Shown piece after piece: positions 10,039 to 19,369 of a stretch of DNA of 64,000 nucleotides. Numbering within the stretch: position 1 is the stretch's first letter; each line of letters opens with the position of its first letter. Made by a program: the position numbers and the translations under genes. A model generated the notes under the pieces. The model searched no databases and was not told where the DNA came from. It saw only the letters and a list, made by a program, of their open reading frames with translations. The stretch is from a virus (lineage: Duplodnaviria > Caudoviricetes): positions 4,318-68,317 of the IMG/VR virus record IMGVR_UViG_2896384573_000007. One strand, given 5' to 3'.

Positions 10039-11421
10039 TTACTCGACCGCCGCAGGCTGACGATAGCGCTCCCGTAGGTGGACGGCTGTCTGATCGATGC
10101 TTGGATACACTGAGGTGGCATTAATATTGATCGCATCTAACTGGTCGAGAATGTGCTGTTTCCCGATAACCGTTATGCGCGCGATCTCTATGCCTTCCTG
10201 GCCAAACTCCGGCAGTGTGGCTTCATGGCCAAAAAGAAGAAAGGCTCCTGCCTGAGACTTGATCCTGGTGTTCGTACGTTTCGCCTTCACGCATACGATC
10301 GAACCCAGATCGTCCGGAACGATCTTCGGTTCGAAGAAGCCTTTCTCCGACTTGATGTGGTGCAGCAACTTTCCAGCCACCCCGGTCTCGTTGAATGTCT
10401 CAACATCCTGCGTAAGGTCGATTTCGTTTTTCTGCGGGTAGGTGAGATTTGAGAGATTGGCGATGCAGCTCACGGTATCTGAATCGTAGTATTTCACAGC
10501 ATCGCTTGAGATGCGGAAAATGATGACTTCTCCTTCGACACCCATGAGCTGCGGCGGACAATAGCAAGCGAAGAACAATGCCACCAGCGGATTGCTCGAG
10601 ATGTCGAGCAATCGCGTCGGAAGCCCATAATGCTGCATGCGGACAAGTCGGTCGAAGCAATATTGATCGCCGTGGAACTCGTCGTAATGCGCGATGAGTA
10701 GCTCCTTGCAGAGACGGTCCTCATTCGGCATAAATTGCCATCCCCCGTCCGGCCATTTCCGAAGAAGCGATGGCGTGAGTTCGAAGATCGCGTTCTCGTG
10801 GCCACGATAGAATGTTTCCACGTTATCCCTTGCTGGCAACTCTTGAAGGATTTTTAAGAAGGCTTCGACGCTATCCGCCGTGCCGACGATATTCTTCTTC
10901 TGCGGTGGAGGTTGCACGTTTGCCGCATCCATTCCGACGCCGTTCAAGTCCTCTAAGTCGTCGGCGAGCTCGGGTTTCCGCGCGACCAATCCATCCAAAA
11001 TCTGCTGGATATCTCCTTTTCGAACCGCCCAATGTGTCCGGTAGAGTTGAAACCCGTCGGCTGCGAAGAGCTCCTGCGCTTGGGTGACGCTGTCGAATTC
11101 CACTTCGCCAAAATCGATCAGGGTTTCGAAACGCGTCGTGACCTCCTTGCGGCCAGCCTCGACATTGGAAATTCGGCCGTAGCGAATGACCATCGACGCT
11201 CCGCCCTTCTCGCGAGAAATCTCGCTGCATAGGAACGTGGGCAATTTCTCCAGGTACGCGATTGATGTAGAGTCCAGCTCTTCCAAGCCCTTCGCAACAT
11301 CGGTCGGGGTGTATTCGAACATGCGTCCGCGGTTCATGCCAATCTGATCGACCTCGCCCTCGACATAGTCGCGATTGCCGAAGGCGATGAAATTGAAGTT
11401 CTCTGGCATCTGCCGGTGCAC
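10039..11421 (-). CDS. FRG-domain protein with an extra N-terminal domain (start may be ATG 11409)
   Basis: FYRGH, LTPSL, MQHYGLPTRLLDISSNPLVALFFAC, RIKSQAGAFLLFG motifs. Confidence 0.85.
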   Translation of the reverse strand: MHRQMPENFNFIAFGNRDYVEGEVDQIGMNRGRMFEYTPTDVAKGLEELDSTSIAYLEKLPTFLCSEISREKGGASMVIRYGRISNVEAGRKEVTTRFETLIDFGEVEFDSVTQAQELFAADGFQLYRTHWAVRKGDIQQILDGLVARKPELADDLEDLNGVGMDAANVQPPPQKKNIVGTADSVEAFLKILQELPARDNVETFYRGHENAIFELTPSLLRKWPDGGWQFMPNEDRLCKELLIAHYDEFHGDQYCFDRLVRMQHYGLPTRLLDISSNPLVALFFACYCPPQLMGVEGEVIIFRISSDAVKYYDSDTVSCIANLSNLTYPQKNEIDLTQDVETFNETGVAGKLLHHIKSEKGFFEPKIVPDDLGSIVCVKAKRTNTRIKSQAGAFLLFGHEATLPEFGQEGIEIARITVIGKQHILDQLDAININATSVYPSIDQTAVHLRERYRQPAAVE

Positions 11422-11677
11422 CTAGTTATTCCGCCCATTGGGCGATCGGGGAGGATGTGAAGCGAGTATGGCGGTCACAACGTATAGGCGAAAATACTTG
11501 CTCGCAAGACTTGCCTGTCGTCACCAATAGGCGCCCTCCACAGTCGTAACGCCAGCATTCGACGAGCTCGATTCTTTGAATACCGCAGCCCGATGGCGCG
11601 AAGGCTTAGGTATCAATTGCCAACCAATATCGTCACCGACTACGGATTAGCTGACATGGCGCCCGACGAACGATCAG

Positions 11678-12661
11678 ATGACGACAAATATCCCTGCTTG
11701 CCTAAACCTCGATGGAATACCTTCAACGTCGCCTCGAGGCGACGGTGTGCCTTATTTTAGCTTCGACCCGCAGGGTGCGTGGCGAGTGTCCCAAGGTAGT
11801 CGGCTTTACGATATCGAGAGCTGCTGCGTTCGCCTTCACGAGGCATTCAAGCAAGCGATCATGAAGGGGGTGAACTACTCGCAACTCATCTACGCGATCC
11901 CCGAGTTTGTGAGTGTCGCAGGCCATAACTCCGAAGCGAATTTGACACGCGAGCTTTTCGAACGGTTCCTTCGGGAGACTGCCGCGTTCCCAGAGATCAA
12001 TCGCTTCCTCTATCTGTATGATTGCCAGCACCTGGTAGCCTCCATCCAAGAATGTACAAAGGAGGTCGAGCAAGTCCTCGGCGAATTCTATCTAACATTC
12101 AACACGGAGAGCTTCTTCTTTCCGCCAATGCGACACGACGATGGGCTTCGGTATTCAACGTCTCCGGTGACGACAAAGCTCTTTGCATACCTGGGATTTA
12201 TGCTTATCAGGATGCACAGCCTGCTCGATTACACGGTGAAGGTAGCGTTCGAAGCCGAGCATCTTCGGCAGGACTTTTCCCGCTATCCGAAGCTAGCCAG
12301 CGGCAGCCTCCAATACGGTGATCGCAAACGCGTTGGCTTCAACAACGAATTAGGTACGCTCTTTGAGACATGCGAGTTCATGACGTTCGTTGAAACGCTC
12401 CGCAACCACGTCATCCACGATGGTCTGCTGGACGATATGCCGAAGGCATATGAGCACATCAAGGATGGCGTCGCAGTTGAGAAGTTTGTTCTTTTTCCCG
12501 ACATGACGAACGGCCGCTTCGATCGGTTCGTGAACCGGAATCTCTTCTTCGGCCGAGAGGACAAAATCAATCTGCGACTACCGGGATTGCTAGCCGACTT
12601 CCAGACTCGACAGGTCGCGACACTCGAACGCATCCTCGTCTCGCTCCAACAGCTCGCGTAG
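11678..12661 (+). CDS. Putative HEPN-domain RNase (Cthe_2314-like)
   Basis: Helical protein with SLLDY and Rx4H motif LRNHVIHDG. Confidence 0.6.
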   Translation: MTTNIPACLNLDGIPSTSPRGDGVPYFSFDPQGAWRVSQGSRLYDIESCCVRLHEAFKQAIMKGVNYSQLIYAIPEFVSVAGHNSEANLTRELFERFLRETAAFPEINRFLYLYDCQHLVASIQECTKEVEQVLGEFYLTFNTESFFFPPMRHDDGLRYSTSPVTTKLFAYLGFMLIRMHSLLDYTVKVAFEAEHLRQDFSRYPKLASGSLQYGDRKRVGFNNELGTLFETCEFMTFVETLRNHVIHDGLLDDMPKAYEHIKDGVAVEKFVLFPDMTNGRFDRFVNRNLFFGREDKINLRLPGLLADFQTRQVATLERILVSLQQLA

Positions 12662-12829
12662 ACGTCAGTGCGTAAAACCGACTGGGTGCAATCGCCGCAT
12701 TTCGATCGTTCGGGTTCGGGGCTCCATCCCTCAAACTGCTATGCGTCTCAATACGACACCCTTTCCAGTTGTAAATGTTTGCCACACATGTGAATAGTTC
12801 AGGAATTGACCGCTCCCCGAGGCCCATCC

Positions 12830-14839
12830 GTGCAGCAAATTGAAGTCAAAGTTGAAAACGACCACATTCAGCGGATTACTACCGCAAAACCCCTTGCAGC
12901 CATTTCTGAGCTAATCTGGAACGCTTATGATGCCGATGCGCGCGAAGTAAAAGTCGAACTCGAAGAGGGTCAACTCACCAAACTTGGCGTAATCCGAATT
13001 GTCGATGACGGCACGGGCATTCCTGCCGACGAGTTGGAGACGTGCTTTCAGTCGCTGGGCGGCTCTTGGAAAAAGCGCGCTGTGAAAACCGATGGTGGCC
13101 GTTCGATCCACGGCGAAAAGGGTCAAGGCCGCTTCAAAGCGTTTGCGCTCGGCGATCGCGTGACATGGGTTTCGCGCCATGCCGGGAAAAAGTTTTCAAT
13201 CAGTGGTGACAAATCGGACCTTAAACGATTTTCGATTTCCGACAGCGTGCCAGCAGCAAACACCGGCTGCACGGTAGAAATTGAGAATGTTGTTCGCGAT
13301 TTTGAGATTTGGGCTGAGGATGGCTTCGCGGAACAGCTGCGCGATGTGTTCGCCCTTCAACTCTATGAAGACACTCACTTCCGCATCATTTACGACGGCG
13401 AGGAGATCGACGCGCGAGAAGCCATTAGGGATGTGACGCCCTACCAGGTAATGGCGACCACCGAAGACGGCCACGAATACAAGGCGACGGTGGACGTTAT
13501 CGAATGGAAGAAGAAAGTCGAGCGCAAGCTGATGCTTTGCCTTCCTGGCCGTTTCAGCTTCCATGAAATGGCTCCGGGGATACATGCCCGTGGATTCGAC
13601 TTCACCGCGTATCTGACCGCCGAGCACTTCCAATCCCTTGCAGACGACAACACTGAAGGGCTAGTCGAACTCGACCCGCCGTCAATGGCACTCGTCGAGG
13701 CCGCGAAGGCGAAGTTGCGTGAGCACTTCCGTGTACGGGAAGCAGAACGCTCCCGCGGCAAGATTCAGGAGTGGAAAGAAGCTAAAATCTATCCCTACGA
13801 GGGGAAGGCGTCTGACCCCATCGAAATCAATGAGCGGCAGGTGTTTGATGTCGTCGCGCTGAATTTGGCCGACTACAGCCCTGACTTCGAGAAGGCGCCC
13901 TCGAAGCAGCAGAAGCTCATCCTACAACTCGTCAAAGCGGCCATTGAGACTGGCCCCGGCGCATTGCCGTCCATCTTGGAGAAGGTCGTTGATCTGCCCA
14001 AGGGCAAGCAAGAGGAACTGGCCGAACTGCTTCGGAAAACCTCGCTGACCGCCGTCATCAACGCTGCAAAGGCTGTCACTGACCGCCTTGAGTTTTTGCG
14101 CGCCCTGCAAATTCTGGTGTTTGACCCCGGCTCCAAACGCCAACTGCTCGAACGCTCGCAGCTACACCGGATCATCGCCCGAGAGACGTGGATTTTCGGC
14201 GAGCAGTTCAACCTGATGAATGACGACGAGGATTTATCGGCAGTCCTGCGCAGCCATATCCAGTTGCTAGGCAGCGATAGCGACGACGGCCCACATAGAG
14301 AAGGACTTGCGCCGAAGGAACCCGTCTTGGACGCAGAAGGCAAAGCAGCAATCGTTGACCTGATGCTTTCCTGCCGAGTGCCAACAGCGACTGACGATGA
14401 GCGAAAGCACCTCGTCATCGAACTGAAAAGGCCGAGTCAGAACCTCAACGAGGACGTGATCAACCAGATCAAAAAATACGCAAAAGCCGTTGCTCTTGAT
14501 GACCGGTTCAAGCACTCGAGAGTCGAATGGGACTTCGTGGCCGTCGCCAATCGCTTCACAAAAGACGCCGAATTTGAAGCGCGTCAAAAGGACAAGCCGC
14601 GGGGCATGGTGCTGGAGATCGATGACCCTATCAAGATCCGAGTCTGGGCCAAAACCTGGGGCGAGATCATCCAAGAGGCGGAAGGACGGCTGACTTTCTA
14701 CAAGCGGCGTCTTGAGTATCAGGCGAACGATAGAGAGGCGCTCCGATATCTGCGCACGATCAATTCTGATTATCTCAGCGACGAAGTCAAGGAGCGCATA
14801 TCGGCACTAGATGCGGAAGAACAAATCGCGGCCGAATAA
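12830..14839 (+). CDS. GHKL (MORC/MutL-like) ATPase fused to a C-terminal PD-(D/E)XK nuclease; GTG start inferred (ORF open from 12806)
   Basis: ELIWNAYDADA, DDGTGI, GEKGQGRF, GCTV boxes; C-terminal VDLML...VIELKRP...QIKKY. Confidence 0.82.
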   Translation: MQQIEVKVENDHIQRITTAKPLAAISELIWNAYDADAREVKVELEEGQLTKLGVIRIVDDGTGIPADELETCFQSLGGSWKKRAVKTDGGRSIHGEKGQGRFKAFALGDRVTWVSRHAGKKFSISGDKSDLKRFSISDSVPAANTGCTVEIENVVRDFEIWAEDGFAEQLRDVFALQLYEDTHFRIIYDGEEIDAREAIRDVTPYQVMATTEDGHEYKATVDVIEWKKKVERKLMLCLPGRFSFHEMAPGIHARGFDFTAYLTAEHFQSLADDNTEGLVELDPPSMALVEAAKAKLREHFRVREAERSRGKIQEWKEAKIYPYEGKASDPIEINERQVFDVVALNLADYSPDFEKAPSKQQKLILQLVKAAIETGPGALPSILEKVVDLPKGKQEELAELLRKTSLTAVINAAKAVTDRLEFLRALQILVFDPGSKRQLLERSQLHRIIARETWIFGEQFNLMNDDEDLSAVLRSHIQLLGSDSDDGPHREGLAPKEPVLDAEGKAAIVDLMLSCRVPTATDDERKHLVIELKRPSQNLNEDVINQIKKYAKAVALDDRFKHSRVEWDFVAVANRFTKDAEFEARQKDKPRGMVLEIDDPIKIRVWAKTWGEIIQEAEGRLTFYKRRLEYQANDREALRYLRTINSDYLSDEVKERISALDAEEQIAAE

Positions 14840-15272
14840 GCAGCACGAACTCCCAAGTGCCAACTTGGTAGTCCGCCCGCAGGCCTCCGGCCTCTTTTCG
14901 GCCCCGACCATGCCGCCAGTTAGATGCGACAGCGGCGGCTGCTTTCGGAAAGCCGCAGATAGCCAGGAAACGGATTGCGAGGGGCGTCGGAAGCCGTCAT
15001 AGAGGTATCCAGCGCTCGGCAGCTAACTCATTCTCGGTGCCTTTAACCGGACAGTCCGCTACGCCCCAAACACGTCATTCGGCAATCGGCTTGGCGACGA
15101 CCGCTTAGTCCGCATCTCGGCCATTCGGGCTTACCGCAGCAGACGACCGGTCACCACCCGATCGCGACAGAGAAGGTTCCAGCGCCATACCGCCCGAGCA
15201 AAGCAATGAGGATTCGGACACTGGGTTTTGGAGGGTGAACCCCTCTGATAACTGATGCCGTTAGCTTGATTG

Positions 15273-15650
15273 TCAGCCGTGCCCGGCTCCTATATTTTCC
15301 GTGACCAGCCGAAGCATGCGCACCTGCGTCTTGACGCCCGGTTCCTTCCGGCGATTGACGACGTCGATCAGGCTGTCTGGCGAGGCCGAGCCATAGGCAT
15401 GCGCGAAGGCCTCGATGCCGATCTCGCGGATGACGTGCTTTACCGCCACCCTGAGTTCCTGCCAGCTGATCGCGCTCTGGACAAGGCGCAGCGGTCGCTT
15501 CGGAGCGCCGAGCGCATCGGTCTCGGCGTTTGGATTGTTTACGAGTTCGAACAATGCTTTTTCGAGGATGCGCGCGGCGCGGGTGCGATCAGCGGCCATC
15601 GGAAACGACAGCGTCACGGCAATCATCGCTTCGTCCAGGCGGTCGCTCAA
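15273..15650 (-). CDS. Hypothetical protein
   Basis: TTG start overlapping the upstream TGA (alternative ATG 15626); part of ORF 15273-15767. Confidence 0.5.
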   Translation of the reverse strand: MSDRLDEAMIAVTLSFPMAADRTRAARILEKALFELVNNPNAETDALGAPKRPLRLVQSAISWQELRVAVKHVIREIGIEAFAHAYGSASPDSLIDVVNRRKEPGVKTQVRMLRLVTENIGAGHG

Positions 15651-15823
15651 TTCGGCTCGCTCTCCTTGACCACCGGCAGATCGCGCCAGAGATAGAACAC
15701 GGTTTTCGCGCCCTCGACATGGAACCGCTGCTGCAGGATGGGAGCGCCTTTGGTCTGCCTCTTCCATCGAAGCTCGGCGAGCGGCGTCAGGATCGCGCCC
15801 TTCGGAATGTCCTTCTCTTCCAT
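15647..15823 (-). CDS. Small hypothetical protein (58 aa, MEEKDIPKG...)
   Basis: GGAGGG RBS 7 nt upstream of ATG 15823. Confidence 0.5.
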   Translation of the reverse strand: MEEKDIPKGAILTPLAELRWKRQTKGAPILQQRFHVEGAKTVFYLWRDLPVVKESEPN

Positions 15824-15851
15824 TTCATCGCCCTCCGGCGGATAGCCATCT

Positions 15852-16238
15852 TCAGGAAAGCGCTGGAGAATAGTCCGCCACATCCCAGCGCTGCTGAACG
15901 CGCCAGCCCCGGCTGTCCTCGTCATAGTAGGAGATCTCCGAATCGAGCAGCGCGCCGCCTGCCGACGAGGCGACGATGTCGCGCAGCGCCACGCGGCCCT
16001 GATCGGCCAGCCGCCGCGCGCCCTCGGCGGTCTCGTCGTAATAGTCCACCTGAATGCCAGCGGTGGAGAGGTCGGTGTCGATGCCGCAGAAGCCGCCAAG
16101 CCAGACTGAGGCGACGCGGTTGACGATGACCACCGGCAGCGGCGCTGGGCGGTCGTCAGGCGGCTGCGGCTGCATGCCGTAATAGACCTCTGCGGAAAGC
16201 ACCGCGTCGAGCCGGTCAACGATATCCTTCTCGATCAT
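15852..16238 (-). CDS. Tail completion protein (DUF3168-like)
   Basis: VYYGMQPQ, LPVVIVNRV, IQVDYY motifs; follows the head-closure gene. Confidence 0.75.
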   Translation of the reverse strand: MIEKDIVDRLDAVLSAEVYYGMQPQPPDDRPAPLPVVIVNRVASVWLGGFCGIDTDLSTAGIQVDYYDETAEGARRLADQGRVALRDIVASSAGGALLDSEISYYDEDSRGWRVQQRWDVADYSPALS

Positions 16239-16585
16239 CGCTTCGCGCCTCCATGCTTGCAGACCAGCAAATAATCGCTGCGCTGCGCCGTCGGCTGGAC
16301 GCCGACGATCTCATAGATGTCGCCCCGGTCCACATCGACGAGCCGCCATGCCGGGTCGATGTTCTCGCCGGGAATTTCACGCACGCGGATGCGCGTCGAG
16401 CCCTCGGCCAATTCGGTGTTCATGGCGAAATATTCACGGCCATAGTCGCGGCCCGTCCCGGCTTCGAGGATCTGGCAATTCACCTCGGCGACCAGCTGCC
16501 ACGTTTTCTTCGCCGCGCCGAGCGCGTCGTCGCTGGTCACGAACCGCTCGATGCGCACCCGGTCTCTGAGCAGGCCCGCCTTCAT
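16235..16585 (-). CDS. Head closure / head-tail adaptor (SPP1 gp16-like)
   Basis: MKAGLLRDRVRIER start, IYEIVGV motif; ATGA overlaps at both ends. Confidence 0.82.
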   Translation of the reverse strand: MKAGLLRDRVRIERFVTSDDALGAAKKTWQLVAEVNCQILEAGTGRDYGREYFAMNTELAEGSTRIRVREIPGENIDPAWRLVDVDRGDIYEIVGVQPTAQRSDYLLVCKHGGAKR

Positions 16586-17286
16586 CCCTCCACCTCCTCG
16601 ACCATCACCTTGACCTCCACGCCCTTCGGCTTCTGGATCGTCACGAACACCGTCAGGGGCTGCGGCTGCGGTAGCCGCCGCGGCGCGGGACCGAGCCAGC
16701 GCAGCAAGTTGTCTTCCGTACCATTCCAGCGATTGCCGTCGACCGGAGCCGAACAGCCTTCGATGGATGCGTGATCGGTATATTGCCAGAGCGACCATGC
16801 GGGCCATGTCCCTTTCGGCCATGAAGGCTGCGCCTCCTCGGTGTAATGGGCGATCCACAGCGAGGTGTTGATCGCCAGATAACTGTTCTTGGAATCGCCA
16901 AGCTGGTCCTTGATGAGGTGGCCGCTGTAGATCGTGACCTTCAGGTCTGGGCGGGTCTCGCGAATGTACCTGACCGCCCGGATGAGCTGGTCGAGCGTCG
17001 CCTCCGCCTCGTGGTCGATCACCACGCGCTCGCCGCGCACCGGATCCGCGACCAGAAGATAGTGGGCCATCTCGGCAGCGGAATTGCCATGGAAGAAATG
17101 ATAGGAGGCGGTCGCCAGCCCAGCCGCCAAGGCGTTCTGCTTGCGTGGCTGGTAGGTGGGATCGACGTAGGTCTCGCCCTCGCTCGCCTTCATGATGACG
17201 CCGACAATGCCGCCAGCCTTGAGCGCCTCCCAATCGGGCTCGGGATTGTGGTGCGACAGGTCGATGACGAGAGTCTCGCAGGTCAT
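16582..17286 (-). CDS. GH25 muramidase (endolysin-like)
   Basis: IDLSHHN, KASEG, YHF, IDHE, LWIAHY, WQYT motifs; ATG 17286 overlaps the upstream stop. Confidence 0.9.
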   Translation of the reverse strand: MTCETLVIDLSHHNPEPDWEALKAGGIVGVIMKASEGETYVDPTYQPRKQNALAAGLATASYHFFHGNSAAEMAHYLLVADPVRGERVVIDHEAEATLDQLIRAVRYIRETRPDLKVTIYSGHLIKDQLGDSKNSYLAINTSLWIAHYTEEAQPSWPKGTWPAWSLWQYTDHASIEGCSAPVDGNRWNGTEDNLLRWLGPAPRRLPQPQPLTVFVTIQKPKGVEVKVMVEEVEG

Positions 17287-17843
17287 GCGCGTGGCACCCA
17301 GTAACCGGAGATGAAGCTGTTGGCATAGGCCATGACGTCGACGGCGGTGATTGCCGCCATTTCGCGGTTCTCGTAGAGGAAGGCACCGACCCGGAAACCG
17401 ATGTCGGTGATGCCAGGCGGCAGGTCGTCGGCGACCGAATAGCCGAGGGCGAGCATGACCGAACCAGACGACGGCCACGAGGCACCGGAGACCGGCTGCA
17501 GCCATTGCCGCGCCATCTGGTCGCTGCCGACGACACCGACAATCTCGTAGTCGCTAGAGACATCGGTTCCCTCGCCGTCGGTGACGACGAAGTCCTCGAC
17601 CGGCTGCATCGGGATCTCGATTTTTTCCGTCCCGCCTGCTGGCCAGTCCGGCTGCCAATCGTAGGCGACGGCGAAAACATGGAATTCGGTCAGTCGTTCG
17701 AAGACGTCGAAGGCCCGCACCAGCGCCTGCGTCAGATATTGATCGTCGCGCGTGAATTCGACCCGGCAATGAGTCTTGAAGGCCGGGAGTAGGGCGGTCG
17801 GAATGGTGGTGCGATCTACCGACGTGACACGCTGCAGCTTCAT
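17283..17843 (-). CDS. Head-tail connector (HK97 gp6 / phiE125 gp8-like)
   Basis: FKTHCRVEFTRDDQYL...LP.GI...VGAFLYENRE pattern. Confidence 0.8.
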   Translation of the reverse strand: MKLQRVTSVDRTTIPTALLPAFKTHCRVEFTRDDQYLTQALVRAFDVFERLTEFHVFAVAYDWQPDWPAGGTEKIEIPMQPVEDFVVTDGEGTDVSSDYEIVGVVGSDQMARQWLQPVSGASWPSSGSVMLALGYSVADDLPPGITDIGFRVGAFLYENREMAAITAVDVMAYANSFISGYWVPRA

Positions 17844-18055
17844 GGCGCTCTCCTTGGCCCGGTGCTCCTGTCAGCGAAGCAGGCGGTCATGAGCTTGTCG
17901 AACGTCTCATACTGGCGTTGCTGATTTGCCTGCCCGCTGAAATAGACGAGCGCGGCGAAGATCGCGGCGAACAGGATCGCGGCCAAGCACGAGGGGTTTC
18001 CCTTCATGCTGTCCGCCACGGTGGCGACGATCCCGGTGACCTTCTCGCCGTTCAT
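17840..18055 (-). CDS. Small single-TM protein, holin-like candidate
   Basis: Hydrophobic CLAAILFAAIFAALVYFS segment; two genes upstream of the muramidase. Confidence 0.45.
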   Translation of the reverse strand: MNGEKVTGIVATVADSMKGNPSCLAAILFAAIFAALVYFSGQANQQRQYETFDKLMTACFADRSTGPRRAP

Positions 18056-18058
18056 TGC

Positions 18059-19369
18059 TCATGCTCCGATGTCGTCGATGGTCGTCGGGATGACGATCTC
18101 GACCCATTGGCCGTTGCGCCGCCCATAGAGCTTGCCGTCGTTCGGCGCGTCTGGGAATCCGGTCCCCGGATCACCCTTCGGCCCCTGTGGTCCCTGCGGC
18201 CCCATCAGGCTCTGGCCGGTATCGCTCCAAGCCGTGCCGTTCCACTGCCAGACGAAACCATCGGAACGGTCGAGGTAACTGTCGCCGATCTCGTTCCCTG
18301 CGCTAACAGGGTCACCATTGCCGGAATACATCGAAACGCCATCGGCACCCGGCGGGCCGGGTGGCCCTTGCGTTCCGGTAGTAAGATGCGCAAACAAGAC
18401 CTGTTGCTGCCAAGGAGGGACTGAATCACCGACAGCGACAAAGGCGACGGGAACAGAAAAATATCCGCCGGTCTCTTCGATGGCGTCGGCGGTCGCATCG
18501 TATTCGATCCAGCGGGCAGCCACGTCCTTGTCCTGAATCATCAATCGGTCGGCAGCCTTGATGATGCGCAGGAATGCAGCAACAGCCGTGCCGTTCGACG
18601 TCGTCGCACTGATCCAGAGTTCCGTCGCTGTTGTTGGTGGGGCGCTGTTGACCTGTATGTAGCCAACGGGCGGCGGTTCCGTCGTGTTGTCCCTGTAGAG
18701 ATATTCCATGACCGTGCTTGACTGACCGGACGCGCCTTGTGGCCCGGTCAGATTGTCGCCGGTATCGACCCATGCGGTGCCGTTCCATCGCCACAAGCCG
18801 CCATCGTCCCGGTCGAGCCAGGTATCACCGATCTCGTTTCCCGCCGCGACCGGATCGCCATCGCCGGAATACATCGACACGCCATCCATGCCTGCGGGAC
18901 CAGTCGCGCCGGTAGGCCCCGGATCGCCTTGCGGCCCTTCTGGCCCAGCCGGTCCCTGCGGCCCTTCTGGTCCGGTAGCGCCAGCCGGTCCTGCTGGCCC
19001 CTGCGGCCCCGGATCGCCCTGTGCGCCGGTTGCGCCCGCTGGTCCTTCCGGGCCTGCCGGTCCTTGCGGCCCCGGAGGACCGGGCGGGCCGGGGATGCCT
19101 TCGCCGCTGCCGCTGCCGCCTCCACCGGATGTCGTCTCGGCCTCGGCGAGTGGCTCCCATTGACCATTGCGGCGCGCGTAGGGCGTGTCATCGAGCGGCG
19201 CTTCCTCGACGAGCGGCGTGTCGCCGACAAAGAGCTTCAGCTGCTCGCGGTCGAACAAGAGATCATCGCTGCCCGAGAGCCTGCCGTCGGCCTCCCAGAC
19301 GGCGACCTGATTTTCCGACCCGGTCCCGACTATCGCCCGACGGCGCATGGAAAGCGGCTGGTCGTTCAT
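18059..19369 (-). CDS. Collagen-like virion protein with duplicated modules
   Basis: GxP triplets; two GVSMYSG.GDP...WNGTAW modules and two AP.D...Y.RRNGQW motifs. Confidence 0.8.
   Translation of the reverse strand: MNDQPLSMRRRAIVGTGSENQVAVWEADGRLSGSDDLLFDREQLKLFVGDTPLVEEAPLDDTPYARRNGQWEPLAEAETTSGGGGSGSGEGIPGPPGPPGPQGPAGPEGPAGATGAQGDPGPQGPAGPAGATGPEGPQGPAGPEGPQGDPGPTGATGPAGMDGVSMYSGDGDPVAAGNEIGDTWLDRDDGGLWRWNGTAWVDTGDNLTGPQGASGQSSTVMEYLYRDNTTEPPPVGYIQVNSAPPTTATELWISATTSNGTAVAAFLRIIKAADRLMIQDKDVAARWIEYDATADAIEETGGYFSVPVAFVAVGDSVPPWQQQVLFAHLTTGTQGPPGPPGADGVSMYSGNGDPVSAGNEIGDSYLDRSDGFVWQWNGTAWSDTGQSLMGPQGPQGPKGDPGTGFPDAPNDGKLYGRRNGQWVEIVIPTTIDDIGA

Noticed and set aside
9575-10136. Small ORFs between the tail tube and FRG genes
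   Set aside because: Conflicting frames, no recognisable motifs, weak RBS; cannot be supported
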